A stretch of 17,609 bases of DNA from Candidatus Hydrogenedentota bacterium (GCA_046583315.1 JAYGCN010000312.1:1-17609), one strand, 5' to 3'. Counted from the first letter of the stretch, positions 1 through 8,035 are shown. The notes: a model not told the origin generated them from the sequence alone. Numbers and translations are program-made.

Positions 1-204
1 GCACTTTTGGTACTCTTCAAGCTCGACACGGAGCTCCTGGATCATCTCTTCTTCGCTCGCTTTTTGGTAGCCTTCTGCAAATCTCCTGCTCAACTCCGTG
101 TACTTTTCAAGCGAAAGATGAATTTTGTCCGGTTTGTACAAACGCCTGGCGGTGTGCATCATACGCATCGTCTCCCAATCTGGCGTATTGATCGTCAACG
201 AACG
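1..204 (-). pseudogene. Internal fragment resembling a glycerol-3-phosphate/lysophospholipid acyltransferase (region after the catalytic domain); runs off the left edge and lacks its 5' part
   Basis: Manual translation of the - strand from 204 to 1 gives RSLTINTPDWETMRMMHTARRLYKPDKIHLSLEKYTELSRRFAEGYQKASEEEMIQELRVELEEYQKC with no stop. This resembles the 'TxNAPDWxT..ARRLY..ELxRRF..GY' segment I recall from Sct1/Gpt2-like acyltransferases. Upstream the frame hits TGA at 270-268 before any catalytic domain. Not in the supplied ORF track. Confidence 0.55.
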
Positions 205-625
205 CGCAACGATGCGTTTGGCGGGCGTATTGGTGGGTGTGTTCGCGCTGGTGGAAATGATTCTATTTCAGGACGCCATCAACCTGATTCCGCAGGCGGT
301 GTTCGCAGGAATCCTCGTCAAGATCGGATATGACGTCTTCGATTGGTTGCCCCTTCGCCTCTATTTCAAGGAACTCTTCCGAAGTCCCAGCGTCGCCCTG
401 CACGAATTCCTGAGTCGCCACGACGACGAGCCGATTTTCGTGACGAACCGGGAAATTCTGATTGTCGCGGGGACTACAGCGGTAACGGTCATCTGGGATT
501 TGAATCTTGCGGTCGCGTTGTTTACGGCGGCCTTCTATATCCACAACAAGTTGCTGAACAAAGAAAACCCGATGCGCGATCTTAAATTACACGATGAATC
601 CGAGGCATTTGATACCGAGGATTAG
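185..625 (+). pseudogene. C-terminal fragment of a SulP/SLC26 family inorganic anion transporter (5'-truncated, no STAS domain)
   Basis: VLIVNERATMRLAGVLVGVFALVEMILFQDAINLIPQAVFAGILVKIGYDVFDW matches the last SulP TM segments (GAxTRLxG..IPxAxLAGIL..VG...DW), followed by the TTAVTVIWDLNLAV helix. The frame has an in-frame TAG at 68-70, and residues before ~185 are not SulP-like. Confidence 0.7.
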
Positions 626-829
626 GAACATCCACCGGATCGCGTCCAACGCTAACTGTATTGCTCGAAAAGGCTTAGGAAGTGTTCGGGATTTGTTCAC
701 AGCGTTGGTATTCCACCCTTTTACGATGAATCGGTGTTGGACAACGTACATTCTGATGCAATAGACTACATCGGTTAAGTTGTTTTACCAAACGCCCTTG
801 CGGCGATTTCACTTGAGAAGGACTCCTCC

Positions 830-1573
830 ATGGTCGAAGAAGCATTACAGACGGGCAGCATCGTGACGCTGGTTGTGACGGCGGCATCGCTCGGCTTTAT
901 GCACACCATCTTCGGACCCGATCACTACGTCCCCTTCGTGATGATGTCCAAGGCGCAGGGCTGGTCGCGCAAAAAAACAGCCATCATCACATTTCTCTGC
1001 GGACTGGGCCATGTGAGTGCCTCTGTTGTAATCGGACTCGTCCTGGTCGGCATCGGCATGATAGCGTCCAACTGGGGCGAGAGTCGCTGGGCAACGTTTC
1101 ACGATATGCGGGGCAGTGTGGCCGCCTGGTTATTGATGGGTCTCGGTGCCGCGTATTTTGTATGGGGAGTCGTGCAAGCCAAACGAAATAAGGTTCACGC
1201 ACACGCGCACGTCCATGACGACGGCGAGGTGCACAAACACGGCCACTCCCACACCAAAGCGCACATGCACGCGCATACGTCACCCGGCAAACAGCTGACG
1301 CCCTGGATTCTCTTTACGATTTTTATTTTTGGACCCTGCGAATCCCTCATTCCTCTGATGCTCGGCGCATGGGCGGTCGCGAAGACTTCCGGCGTGCTTT
1401 TGGTAACGGCGGCGTTTTCGGTAACGACCATTATCACCATTCTGGCGGCTGTCGCGATCCTGCTTGGCGGCATTTCACTGGTACCGCTCGGCAAACTGGA
1501 ACGATACACCCACGCCCTGGCCGGCCTCTCGCTGGTCGCCTGCGGCGGTGCTATTCAGTTTATGGGATTGTAG
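830..1573 (+). CDS. Nickel/cobalt transporter, UreH/RcnA/NicO-like family, with His-rich loop
   Basis: N-terminal HTIFGPDHY motif, GLGHV, a loop with 11 His in 27 aa (1196-1276), a GPCE motif and about 6 TM helices; AGGA upstream of the ATG. Confidence 0.85.
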   Translation: MVEEALQTGSIVTLVVTAASLGFMHTIFGPDHYVPFVMMSKAQGWSRKKTAIITFLCGLGHVSASVVIGLVLVGIGMIASNWGESRWATFHDMRGSVAAWLLMGLGAAYFVWGVVQAKRNKVHAHAHVHDDGEVHKHGHSHTKAHMHAHTSPGKQLTPWILFTIFIFGPCESLIPLMLGAWAVAKTSGVLLVTAAFSVTTIITILAAVAILLGGISLVPLGKLERYTHALAGLSLVACGGAIQFMGL

Positions 1574-1614
1574 GACTCTCCGTCTCCAACCCTTCATCAT
1601 GAAAGGAAGAATTA

Positions 1615-2001
1615 ATGAGTGACGACATTCGTGCAGATGAAGCGGCCCGCAAGGAATTCATGGATGCCGATCCCGATGCGCCCTTCGTGATGGTGAACCT
1701 GCTTCGCTTTAAGCCTGGCGGTGGTTCAAAGGAATACGGAAAGTACGGGTCGGCCTTCAGCAAATTGGTTCGCGAAGTCGGTGGCGAATACGTATACAAC
1801 GGCCGAGTCGAAAAACGATTCGTGGGCGACGATGATTGGCATGCCGTGGCACTCGTCCGCTATCCGACACGTCGATCATTCTACGAACTCACGACCAGCG
1901 ATGCTTACATGGCCATTCATCCGTTTCGAGAGGACGGGCTGGAAAAGACGATGGTCTACGCGACATCCCCCATCGATCAGGCCAATGCGGGTCTGCGCTA
2001 G
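1615..2001 (+). CDS. DUF1330 family protein (dimeric alpha/beta barrel)
   Basis: PFVMVNLLRF..Y..Y.......VGG..VY.G......GDDDWHAVALVRYP.R..F......Y......R..GLE pattern; AAGGAAG RBS. Confidence 0.8.
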   Translation: MSDDIRADEAARKEFMDADPDAPFVMVNLLRFKPGGGSKEYGKYGSAFSKLVREVGGEYVYNGRVEKRFVGDDDWHAVALVRYPTRRSFYELTTSDAYMAIHPFREDGLEKTMVYATSPIDQANAGLR

Positions 2002-2771
2002 TCCCTGGATTCCACAGTTGTCTCAGCAGCATCGGACCAGTCTTTGTCGTGCACCTTCCACGTGCGCGCCCAATAGATGAACGGTGTATCCAGCGCGGCG
2101 ATTGTAACCTTGAAGATATACTTCGCAAAGGCGAGCTGCACTGCGGTCTTGAAGTCAAAGAATCCCCACCAGACCACCGTCGAATAAATCACGGTATCCA
2201 CGAGTTGCGAACTCATCGTAGAAAGGTTATTCCTGAGCCAGAGCATCCGTCCATTCGTTTTTTTCTTGAGGTAGTGAAACGTAAAGACGTCAAGCCGCTG
2301 GCTGATCAGATAGGCAAACAGCGAACCGAATACGAAACGCGGGCCATATCCAAACAACGTGCCGATAGCCTCATGGACAGACTCCGCCATTTCCTTTTTG
2401 CCCGGATCCTGCGTGGGCAAGAACAACAAACTGATCGAGATCATGGCGATCAGAATAATGCTGGTAAAGAAACCGATCATCACCGCGCGGTTCGCCTCAC
2501 GTTTCCCGTAGCGTTCACTGAGAATATCGGTGGCGAAATAAATGCCTGAGTAGATAATCATGCCCAGACTGGTCTGCATGCCGAATACCGTCGTGAGCTT
2601 CGGACCTTGCAGATTGCTCAGCATGATGTTGAGCACGATAACGGCGTACAGACCCTGCTTGCCGTAGAGTCGATACAACAACAATGTCAGACCGAGGTCA
2701 ATACCTACCGTCGCCACCCAGAGCGAATTCTGGTGTTGTGCAAAAAACTCGACTATGAACTCGGGAAACAA
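1998..2771 (-). CDS. yhhQ: Queuosine precursor transporter (YhhQ/VUT family, DUF165)
   Basis: Motifs NLQGPK, FATDILSERYG, RFVFGSLFAYLISQRLDV, LWLRNNLSTMSSQLVDTVIY and KVTIAALDTPFIY; TTG start with GAGG upstream. Confidence 0.88.
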   Translation of the reverse strand: MFPEFIVEFFAQHQNSLWVATVGIDLGLTLLLYRLYGKQGLYAVIVLNIMLSNLQGPKLTTVFGMQTSLGMIIYSGIYFATDILSERYGKREANRAVMIGFFTSIILIAMISISLLFLPTQDPGKKEMAESVHEAIGTLFGYGPRFVFGSLFAYLISQRLDVFTFHYLKKKTNGRMLWLRNNLSTMSSQLVDTVIYSTVVWWGFFDFKTAVQLAFAKYIFKVTIAALDTPFIYWARTWKVHDKDWSDAAETTVESRD

Positions 2772-2786
2772 TTCCGGTGCCTCGTG

Positions 2787-3743
2787 CTATCGGGACTCAA
2801 GTGTCGCCAGGTTTCGCTGGATCACATTGTACTGCACGGCCATGGAATGCGCGACTTCACGCGTCCAGTAGGCCGGTTTATGCCCGCCGCTCGACTCCGC
2901 ATATGTGAACGGAATCGTATTCTCGATGAGCAAGGTCTGCATGGCGCGCGCCGATCGAATCAATCCATCCTCGGTACCGCAATCGATGTGCAGATGCGGG
3001 AGTTCTTCCTTGGGAATCTGCAGGACCAGCTTAAAGGGATCGTAGGCGTCGCACTGCTCTACCGTCACGAATGCTGTACCCTTGGGTGTGCGCTCCAGCT
3101 GACTGCTGAAATTCTCGATACCGATCGATTTCGCGGGCTTCTCGGAGAGTGGACGCCTGCGAGGAGTCGGACCCGTGGCCCCGGATTCAATGCGTTCCCG
3201 ATGCCGGGAAACGTAGGATAATGCGCCGCTGTGACTACCGACCGAACAGAACATTTCGGGGTGACGAAGACCCAACACGAACGCGCCGTATCCCCCCATC
3301 GAAAGGCCGTTAATCGCGCGGCCTTCACGCTTGTTGATGGTGCGATAATTCTTGTCTACGTGTCCGATCACGTCGCTGATCATGTAGTCTTCCCAGGCAT
3401 TCTTTTGACCTTCGTCGCTTTCCGCCCAGTTGATATACCACGAATTACCGACATCAGGCATGACGATGATCATGTCGTAACGCGCCGCATATTTCGGCAC
3501 GCCCATCAATGCCCAATGGGTATAGTTGCTGGTAAGACCATGCAACAAATACAGCACGGGATAGTTCACTTTTGACTTTTTGTAACCTTCCGGGAGTACG
3601 ATATTGTATTTCATCGTGCGATCTACTGATGGCGCATCAAACTCGATGGTCTGGACCGGCTGCGGTTTCGCCATGGCCAGAATACAGGTTGCCCACACCA
3701 GTCCAAATGTCATCACGCGGATCTTGAATTGCATTTTCATCAC
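2787..3743 (-). CDS. Secreted alpha/beta-hydrolase esterase (PF00756, FrmB/tributyrin esterase-like)
   Basis: Signal peptide, YPVLYLLHG, nucleophile elbow GLSMGG, DCGTED acid and GGH catalytic His; AGGAGA RBS. Confidence 0.88.
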   Translation of the reverse strand: MMKMQFKIRVMTFGLVWATCILAMAKPQPVQTIEFDAPSVDRTMKYNIVLPEGYKKSKVNYPVLYLLHGLTSNYTHWALMGVPKYAARYDMIIVMPDVGNSWYINWAESDEGQKNAWEDYMISDVIGHVDKNYRTINKREGRAINGLSMGGYGAFVLGLRHPEMFCSVGSHSGALSYVSRHRERIESGATGPTPRRRPLSEKPAKSIGIENFSSQLERTPKGTAFVTVEQCDAYDPFKLVLQIPKEELPHLHIDCGTEDGLIRSARAMQTLLIENTIPFTYAESSGGHKPAYWTREVAHSMAVQYNVIQRNLATLESR

Positions 3744-3756
3744 ACTCTCCTTGAGG

Positions 3757-5157
3757 TTACCAGGTCACCTGGAATCGCGCTTGTATATAATCCACCGAAT
3801 CATCCACGGAACCCAAATCCAATTCGCCGTGTACATAATTCAACAAGGTCTTCATGTTGGGGTTGAGATACCACGTGATACCGGCAGTGATGTCTTCCAG
3901 CTCGCCGCCCACGATGCCTTTGTCATTGAGATCGATGGTCGAGTACCGGGCGGCTAGCTCCCATGCACCGGGTCCACCGCCTTCTTTGAAGCCAAAGTTT
4001 CGATGCGGTTTGACCTTCTCGAAAATCCCCGTACCCAATTTATAGCTTCGATGTTCACCGGTCAAAAAGTAACTGGTTTGGAGATAATACCCGTCAAAAT
4101 TCACGTCATCCGCACTCGTGAGCCCGTTCACGTTGGCCAGCATGTACTCTCCTTGAACCGACCACGGACCACGCACGTAAGCCGCCTCCAATCCGTACAG
4201 ACTCACGTCGTCCGCCATGACCACAGCGCCAACGAGGTCTTCGGCCATGTGTGCCTCGGCGGGACTGCTAATATTCCATTCACCATTCACACTCTTGTGG
4301 CTGACTGCACCGCCGAGATGCAGGAATCGATCACCTTCCTTGATCCAGATCGGCACTCCACTCACGCGACCCGTGAAGTTAATATCGCCGTCGTCACTTT
4401 GCCCCTCCCCAAACTTGCCCGTCTGCCTAAATACGCCGGCGGTATAGGCCAGACGTTTATCAAGAGCGCTGCGTGCGAAGGCAATACCCGTATTGCGAAA
4501 GGGTGCGAACGTGCTCGGGAGGGAGCGCTCCATAAACGAGACGTCTTTCGAACTGGTCAGAGCATCAAGACCGAAAGGTTCTTTGATGTGACCGATCCTA
4601 ATCTGGCCAAATATGGGAACGGCATTGGCCCCGATGTAGACATCCTTCCAGTCGGCTTCCCCGTCTTCAAAGTCGAACTGCGCCTTGAACTCGAACTCGT
4701 CGTATATTATCCCACCGATGAACAAGCGTGCGCGACGAAATTCAGTGCCGTCTTGAGAATTGATGCCCGATGCCTTAATCTCGTCGCCTTCGCTGAAAAA
4801 CGCCCAGTCGTTCTGAATGCGTCCGCCAAACTTCAACTTGAAGTCTCCGTTGTAACTGTCGAGGCGAAGTCCATCTTTCCAATAAACACGGAAATCGTTA
4901 CCGTCCGGTGCTGAGGCCACTGTCGGCGCGACGGGCACTTCTGCCGAAGCATCTTTCTTGATTTCCTCTTTCAGCGCATCAAGCTGTTTCTCGAAATTTT
5001 CCTGAAGCTCCTTCAACTTTTGATCGTATTCCACGCGAAGTTTCTCGATTTCGTCACTCTGCGCGGTCGCTGTGAAGCTGACACATACCAGCGCAAAAGC
5101 GGTTGTCAATCCCGTGATAATTCGTGTCCGTGACCGAATAGTGCCGTTACCGTACAT
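3757..5157 (-). CDS. OprO/OprP family phosphate/anion-selective porin
   Basis: Signal peptide and coiled-coil N-terminus, then GGRIQND, EFRRARL, KEPFGLD..TSS....FMERS, GAWELAARYS, WYLNPN and a terminal aromatic residue (FQVTW). Start moved from 5211 to ATG 5157, which has an AGGAGA RBS and lies downstream of the promoter. Confidence 0.9.
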   Translation of the reverse strand: MYGNGTIRSRTRIITGLTTAFALVCVSFTATAQSDEIEKLRVEYDQKLKELQENFEKQLDALKEEIKKDASAEVPVAPTVASAPDGNDFRVYWKDGLRLDSYNGDFKLKFGGRIQNDWAFFSEGDEIKASGINSQDGTEFRRARLFIGGIIYDEFEFKAQFDFEDGEADWKDVYIGANAVPIFGQIRIGHIKEPFGLDALTSSKDVSFMERSLPSTFAPFRNTGIAFARSALDKRLAYTAGVFRQTGKFGEGQSDDGDINFTGRVSGVPIWIKEGDRFLHLGGAVSHKSVNGEWNISSPAEAHMAEDLVGAVVMADDVSLYGLEAAYVRGPWSVQGEYMLANVNGLTSADDVNFDGYYLQTSYFLTGEHRSYKLGTGIFEKVKPHRNFGFKEGGGPGAWELAARYSTIDLNDKGIVGGELEDITAGITWYLNPNMKTLLNYVHGELDLGSVDDSVDYIQARFQVTW

Positions 5158-5191
5158 ACATCTCTCCTGAACATCCGCATATTTTGGATCG

Positions 5192-5207
5192 TGGGCAGCC
5201 CTGCCCA
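5192..5207. promoter_or_regulatory. Perfect inverted repeat TGGGCAG-cc-CTGCCCA (operator or 5'UTR hairpin)
   Basis: 7-bp perfect arms just downstream of the predicted porin transcription start; flanked by another complementary pair, GGATCG (5186-5191) and CGATCC (5215-5220). Confidence 0.45.
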
Positions 5208-5216
5208 TCAAAGTCG

Positions 5217-5245
5217 ATCCTACTCATGGGCCGTGGATATTTCAA
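5217..5245 (-). promoter_or_regulatory. Putative sigma70 promoter of the porin-esterase-yhhQ unit
   Basis: On the - strand: TTGAAA (5245-5240), 17-bp spacer, TAGGAT (5222-5217). Confidence 0.55.
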
Positions 5246-5324
5246 GCCGAAACTGTGATACGCTGGGATTAAAACCGCTACGATGGTATATTGGTGCTGT
5301 CGGCACCCGAAGGAGAAATGTCCA

Positions 5325-6749
5325 TTGTTACGCGCTCACCTTACTTTTCTGATCATGACTTCGTTTGTTATATCCAATGGGGTCTTGGCGCAAAGCAATT
5401 CGTCGCCTCCGAACATCATCGTGCTGGTTTCCGACGACCAACGCTGGGACGCCATGGGTGCCGCAGGAAACACGATCATTCAAACACCGAACATGGACAA
5501 ACTCGCAGCGGGCGGTGTCCGGTTCCGAAACGCCTTCTGCACGACCTCCATCTGCTGCGCCAGTCGCGCCAGCCTGCTCACCGGCATGTACGCAAGCACC
5601 CACGGCATCGAGGATTTCGCCACGCCGCTTCCCGATGCCCTCTTCGCAAAAAGTTATCCCGCCCTGTTGCGTGAAGCGGGATACCACACGGGTTTTGTCG
5701 GAAAATGGGGCGTGGGCAACAAATTGCCGAAGGAACAGTTCGACTTTTTCAAAGGATTCGGCGGACAGGGGAAATTTTTTAACGAGGTCGATGGCGAAAC
5801 GGTACACATGACCTCGCTGATCGGTGGCGATGCGGTCGAATATCTCAGCACACGCTCCGACGACCAGCCCTTCTGCCTCTCCGTCAGCTTCAAGGCGCCC
5901 CACGTGCAGGATCAGGATCCCAAACAGTTCCTGCCGGACCCCGTATTCGATGATTTGTACGTGGACGACACGATGCCCGTCGCCGAGACCGCGAATGAAA
6001 AATTCTATGAGTCACAACCCGAACTCGTGCGCAACACGGAAGCTCGTGTGCGCTGGAAGAAACGTTTCTCAAATCCCGAGCATCATCAGACCTCGGTTAA
6101 AAACTATTATCGGCTGGTGACTGGCATCGATACGGCCATCGGACGTATGTTGGACGAACTCGACAGGAAAGGACTCTCCGACAACACCGTGATTCTCTTC
6201 TTATCGGACCACGGCTTTTTCCTGGGCGAACGCGGACTCGCCGGAAAATGGTACATGTACGAAGAATCGATTCGCATCCCGTTTATCCTCTACGACCCCC
6301 GTGTCGCGTCCAAAGACCGCCAACCCATGTCCGATGCAACCGTATTAACCATCGATCTGGCCCCCACCATCACCGCGCTCGCCGGAATCGATGCCCCCGC
6401 TGAGATGCAAGGTCGAAACCTTCGTCCCCTGCTCAACGCCGAACCCGATTCCTGGCGCGACACTTGGTTCTACGAACACCACTTCGCCCGTGAACGCGAA
6501 AACTTCATCCCTGCCTCCGAAGGTATCCGCACCCGGGACTGGAAATACATCCGCTGGGTAGACGCCGACCCTGTGCTCGAAGAGTTGTACCACGTCTCCA
6601 AAGACCCCCTCGAAAAACACAACCTCGCCGACGATCCAAAACAAAGCGACATGCTCGCGCGAATGCGGTCCTCATGGCAAACTTGGCAACAAGGATTGCC
6701 GAAATGGGATGACGAAGAGGCCGTGAGTTGGAGCGAACCAACGAAGTAG
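5325..6749 (+). CDS. Formylglycine-dependent sulfatase (S1 family), secreted
   Basis: PNIIVLVSDDQR, CCASRASLLTG signature, GYHTGFVGKWG, FKAPH, SDHG and GKWYMYEESIRIPF. TTG start at 5325 is 8 nt after AGGAGA and gives a clean signal peptide. Confidence 0.93.
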   Translation: MLRAHLTFLIMTSFVISNGVLAQSNSSPPNIIVLVSDDQRWDAMGAAGNTIIQTPNMDKLAAGGVRFRNAFCTTSICCASRASLLTGMYASTHGIEDFATPLPDALFAKSYPALLREAGYHTGFVGKWGVGNKLPKEQFDFFKGFGGQGKFFNEVDGETVHMTSLIGGDAVEYLSTRSDDQPFCLSVSFKAPHVQDQDPKQFLPDPVFDDLYVDDTMPVAETANEKFYESQPELVRNTEARVRWKKRFSNPEHHQTSVKNYYRLVTGIDTAIGRMLDELDRKGLSDNTVILFLSDHGFFLGERGLAGKWYMYEESIRIPFILYDPRVASKDRQPMSDATVLTIDLAPTITALAGIDAPAEMQGRNLRPLLNAEPDSWRDTWFYEHHFARERENFIPASEGIRTRDWKYIRWVDADPVLEELYHVSKDPLEKHNLADDPKQSDMLARMRSSWQTWQQGLPKWDDEEAVSWSEPTK

Positions 6750-6780
6750 TTCGAATCGAAAAGTCGAACGGCTATCGCTC

Positions 6781-7191
6781 TCAGGCCACCCGACCGACCG
6801 TTCTCATCCGCCGCACACCCACGCTTTGCGCGATCGCAAACACCAGCACGATATCCGCAATTATGGCGACGCTCCAGTTTCCGGTGGTATTGAGCATACC
6901 TGTCATCAGCAATACGCCGCTTCCTAGAACCCATGCCGAATCGAGCACTACGGCGATGCGCGCTTCTGTAAGGTCGACCTTTTCACGGGTCGCATTGCGG
7001 AATAGTCCTACCGCGAAAATCAGCAGTGACACACCGATAACCGTCAGTAGCCAAGGAAACTCAAGTCCGATATACCCGGCGATCGGTTTCGCCGCCACCA
7101 GAAGCGCGATGCCCGTGACGCTGGAAAACGCGCCATTCCCTTTCAATGCGCCTCGCAAAATGGTTGATGGGTTTTCGTTTGATGTACTCAT
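6781..7191 (-). CDS. Conserved hypothetical 4-TM integral membrane protein, TetR-linked
   Basis: Four hydrophobic segments; ATGA overlap with the TetR stop; AAGGAG RBS. Confidence 0.75.
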   Translation of the reverse strand: MSTSNENPSTILRGALKGNGAFSSVTGIALLVAAKPIAGYIGLEFPWLLTVIGVSLLIFAVGLFRNATREKVDLTEARIAVVLDSAWVLGSGVLLMTGMLNTTGNWSVAIIADIVLVFAIAQSVGVRRMRTVGRVA

Positions 7192-7856
7192 TGTCCAGCT
7201 CCTTCATCAGTCGATACGATTTCTCTGTTCAGTTCGTCACGCCCCTTGTCTGTTGAGGCCCAATGTAATTTTGAATCAATTGCAGTACGCGCCAGATCAA
7301 AAGCATCGTCCCGCCGGAAAAGTTGTCGATATAAATTCGCTTCTTGAACGCAGGCGTGAAGTTCGAAGGCGAGTAGACTCGTTTCGATCTCCGAACGAAG
7401 TTGACCCATACCGGATGCCACATCGATTTCCTTCTCGAGGTATTTCACCCAACTCTGAATGAGCTGGGCCACGTTGTCGCGAACCGGCCCAGGGCGACCG
7501 TCGAATTCTGACGAGGCAGCCGCAAAAAAGCAGCCGCCACGCAGCTCCCCGCATTCGATATGTTCGATCCAGGTTCGTAGCATGGAGCGCAGTCGCGTCA
7601 CTCCGGGGGATATCTCATCCACCCGTTCCCAAACTTCTTCGCGAAAACGATCCCGCGCATGCTGCACAGAGGCGACCTGCAACTCTTCTTTCGATCCGAA
7701 ATGCGCGAAGAGTCCGCTCTTACTCATGCCGGCCAGAGAGGATAGCCGACCGATCGTGAGTCCCTCAAGTCCGTGACTGGAAGCTTCGTCCACGGCAAGA
7801 TCCAATATCTGTTCACGTCGACTTGCAACGTCTCGGGCAGCTCTTCGTGGTGCCAT
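7188..7856 (-). CDS. TetR/AcrR family transcriptional regulator
   Basis: HTH region RREQIL..A....S.HGLEGLTIGRL....GMSKSGLFAHFGSKEELQ; C-terminal GGCFF..ASSEFD.RPGPVRD. Start reassigned to ATG 7856 (AGGAG RBS, downstream of the promoter). Confidence 0.95.
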   Translation of the reverse strand: MAPRRAARDVASRREQILDLAVDEASSHGLEGLTIGRLSSLAGMSKSGLFAHFGSKEELQVASVQHARDRFREEVWERVDEISPGVTRLRSMLRTWIEHIECGELRGGCFFAAASSEFDGRPGPVRDNVAQLIQSWVKYLEKEIDVASGMGQLRSEIETSLLAFELHACVQEANLYRQLFRRDDAFDLARTAIDSKLHWASTDKGRDELNREIVSTDEGAGQ

Positions 7857-7872
7857 CTTGATTACTCCTGCG

Positions 7873-7902
7873 ATATAATACGAACGAACGTTCGTATTAT
7901 AT
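7873..7902. promoter_or_regulatory. TetR operator: perfect palindrome ATATAATACGAACG-aa-CGTTCGTATTATAT
   Basis: 14-bp perfect arms with a 2-bp centre, overlapping the -10 and predicted start site of the tetR promoter. Confidence 0.88.
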
Positions 7903-7924
7903 TGCGAAATTGTACCTCTGTCAA
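7896..7924 (-). promoter_or_regulatory. Consensus sigma70 promoter for tetR
   Basis: On the - strand: TTGACA (7924-7919), 17-bp spacer, TATAAT (7901-7896); an exact consensus match. Confidence 0.9.
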
Positions 7925-8035
7925 TCCCTTTTGAAGAGAGTTTCGGCGAAATTGGACCTTTCATACTGTAAATAGGCTCTTTTTTTAGCTATGATTGAAC
8001 CCGTTGATGCTAAAATTCCAGGATTTATCCACTTT

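Noticed and set aside
1196..1276. CAC/GCAC-rich low-complexity DNA as a tandem repeat
   Set aside because: Fully explained by the His-x repeats of the metal transporter loop.
2772..2786. preQ1 riboswitch before yhhQ
   Set aside because: Only 15 bp of intergenic space, and no preQ1 stem or A-rich tail seen.
1836..3221. 237-aa and 204-aa + strand ORFs
   Set aside because: They overlap yhhQ and the esterase in antisense and look like non-protein sequence.
4003..4914. 303-aa + strand ORF
   Set aside because: Antisense shadow of the porin with no recognisable motifs; long shadow ORFs are common at this GC content.
5311..5327. Out-of-frame ATG (5318) after AGGAGA, suggesting a frameshifted sulfatase start
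   Set aside because: The ATG is only 1 nt from the SD; the in-frame TTG at 5325 has normal spacing and gives a good signal peptide.
6749..6769. GTTCGA..TCGAAC hairpin as an intrinsic terminator
   Set aside because: 6-bp stem, 9-nt loop and no U-tract on either strand; too weak to call.
6728..7462. 244-aa + strand ORF
   Set aside because: Antisense to the TetR cassette; no motifs.
7857..7964. N-terminal extension of TetR in the ORF track
   Set aside because: It spans the promoter and operator; the ATG at 7856 has a proper RBS.
7975..7986. T-run upstream of kdgK as a terminator or phase-variable tract
   Set aside because: Only 7 T, with no convincing preceding stem.
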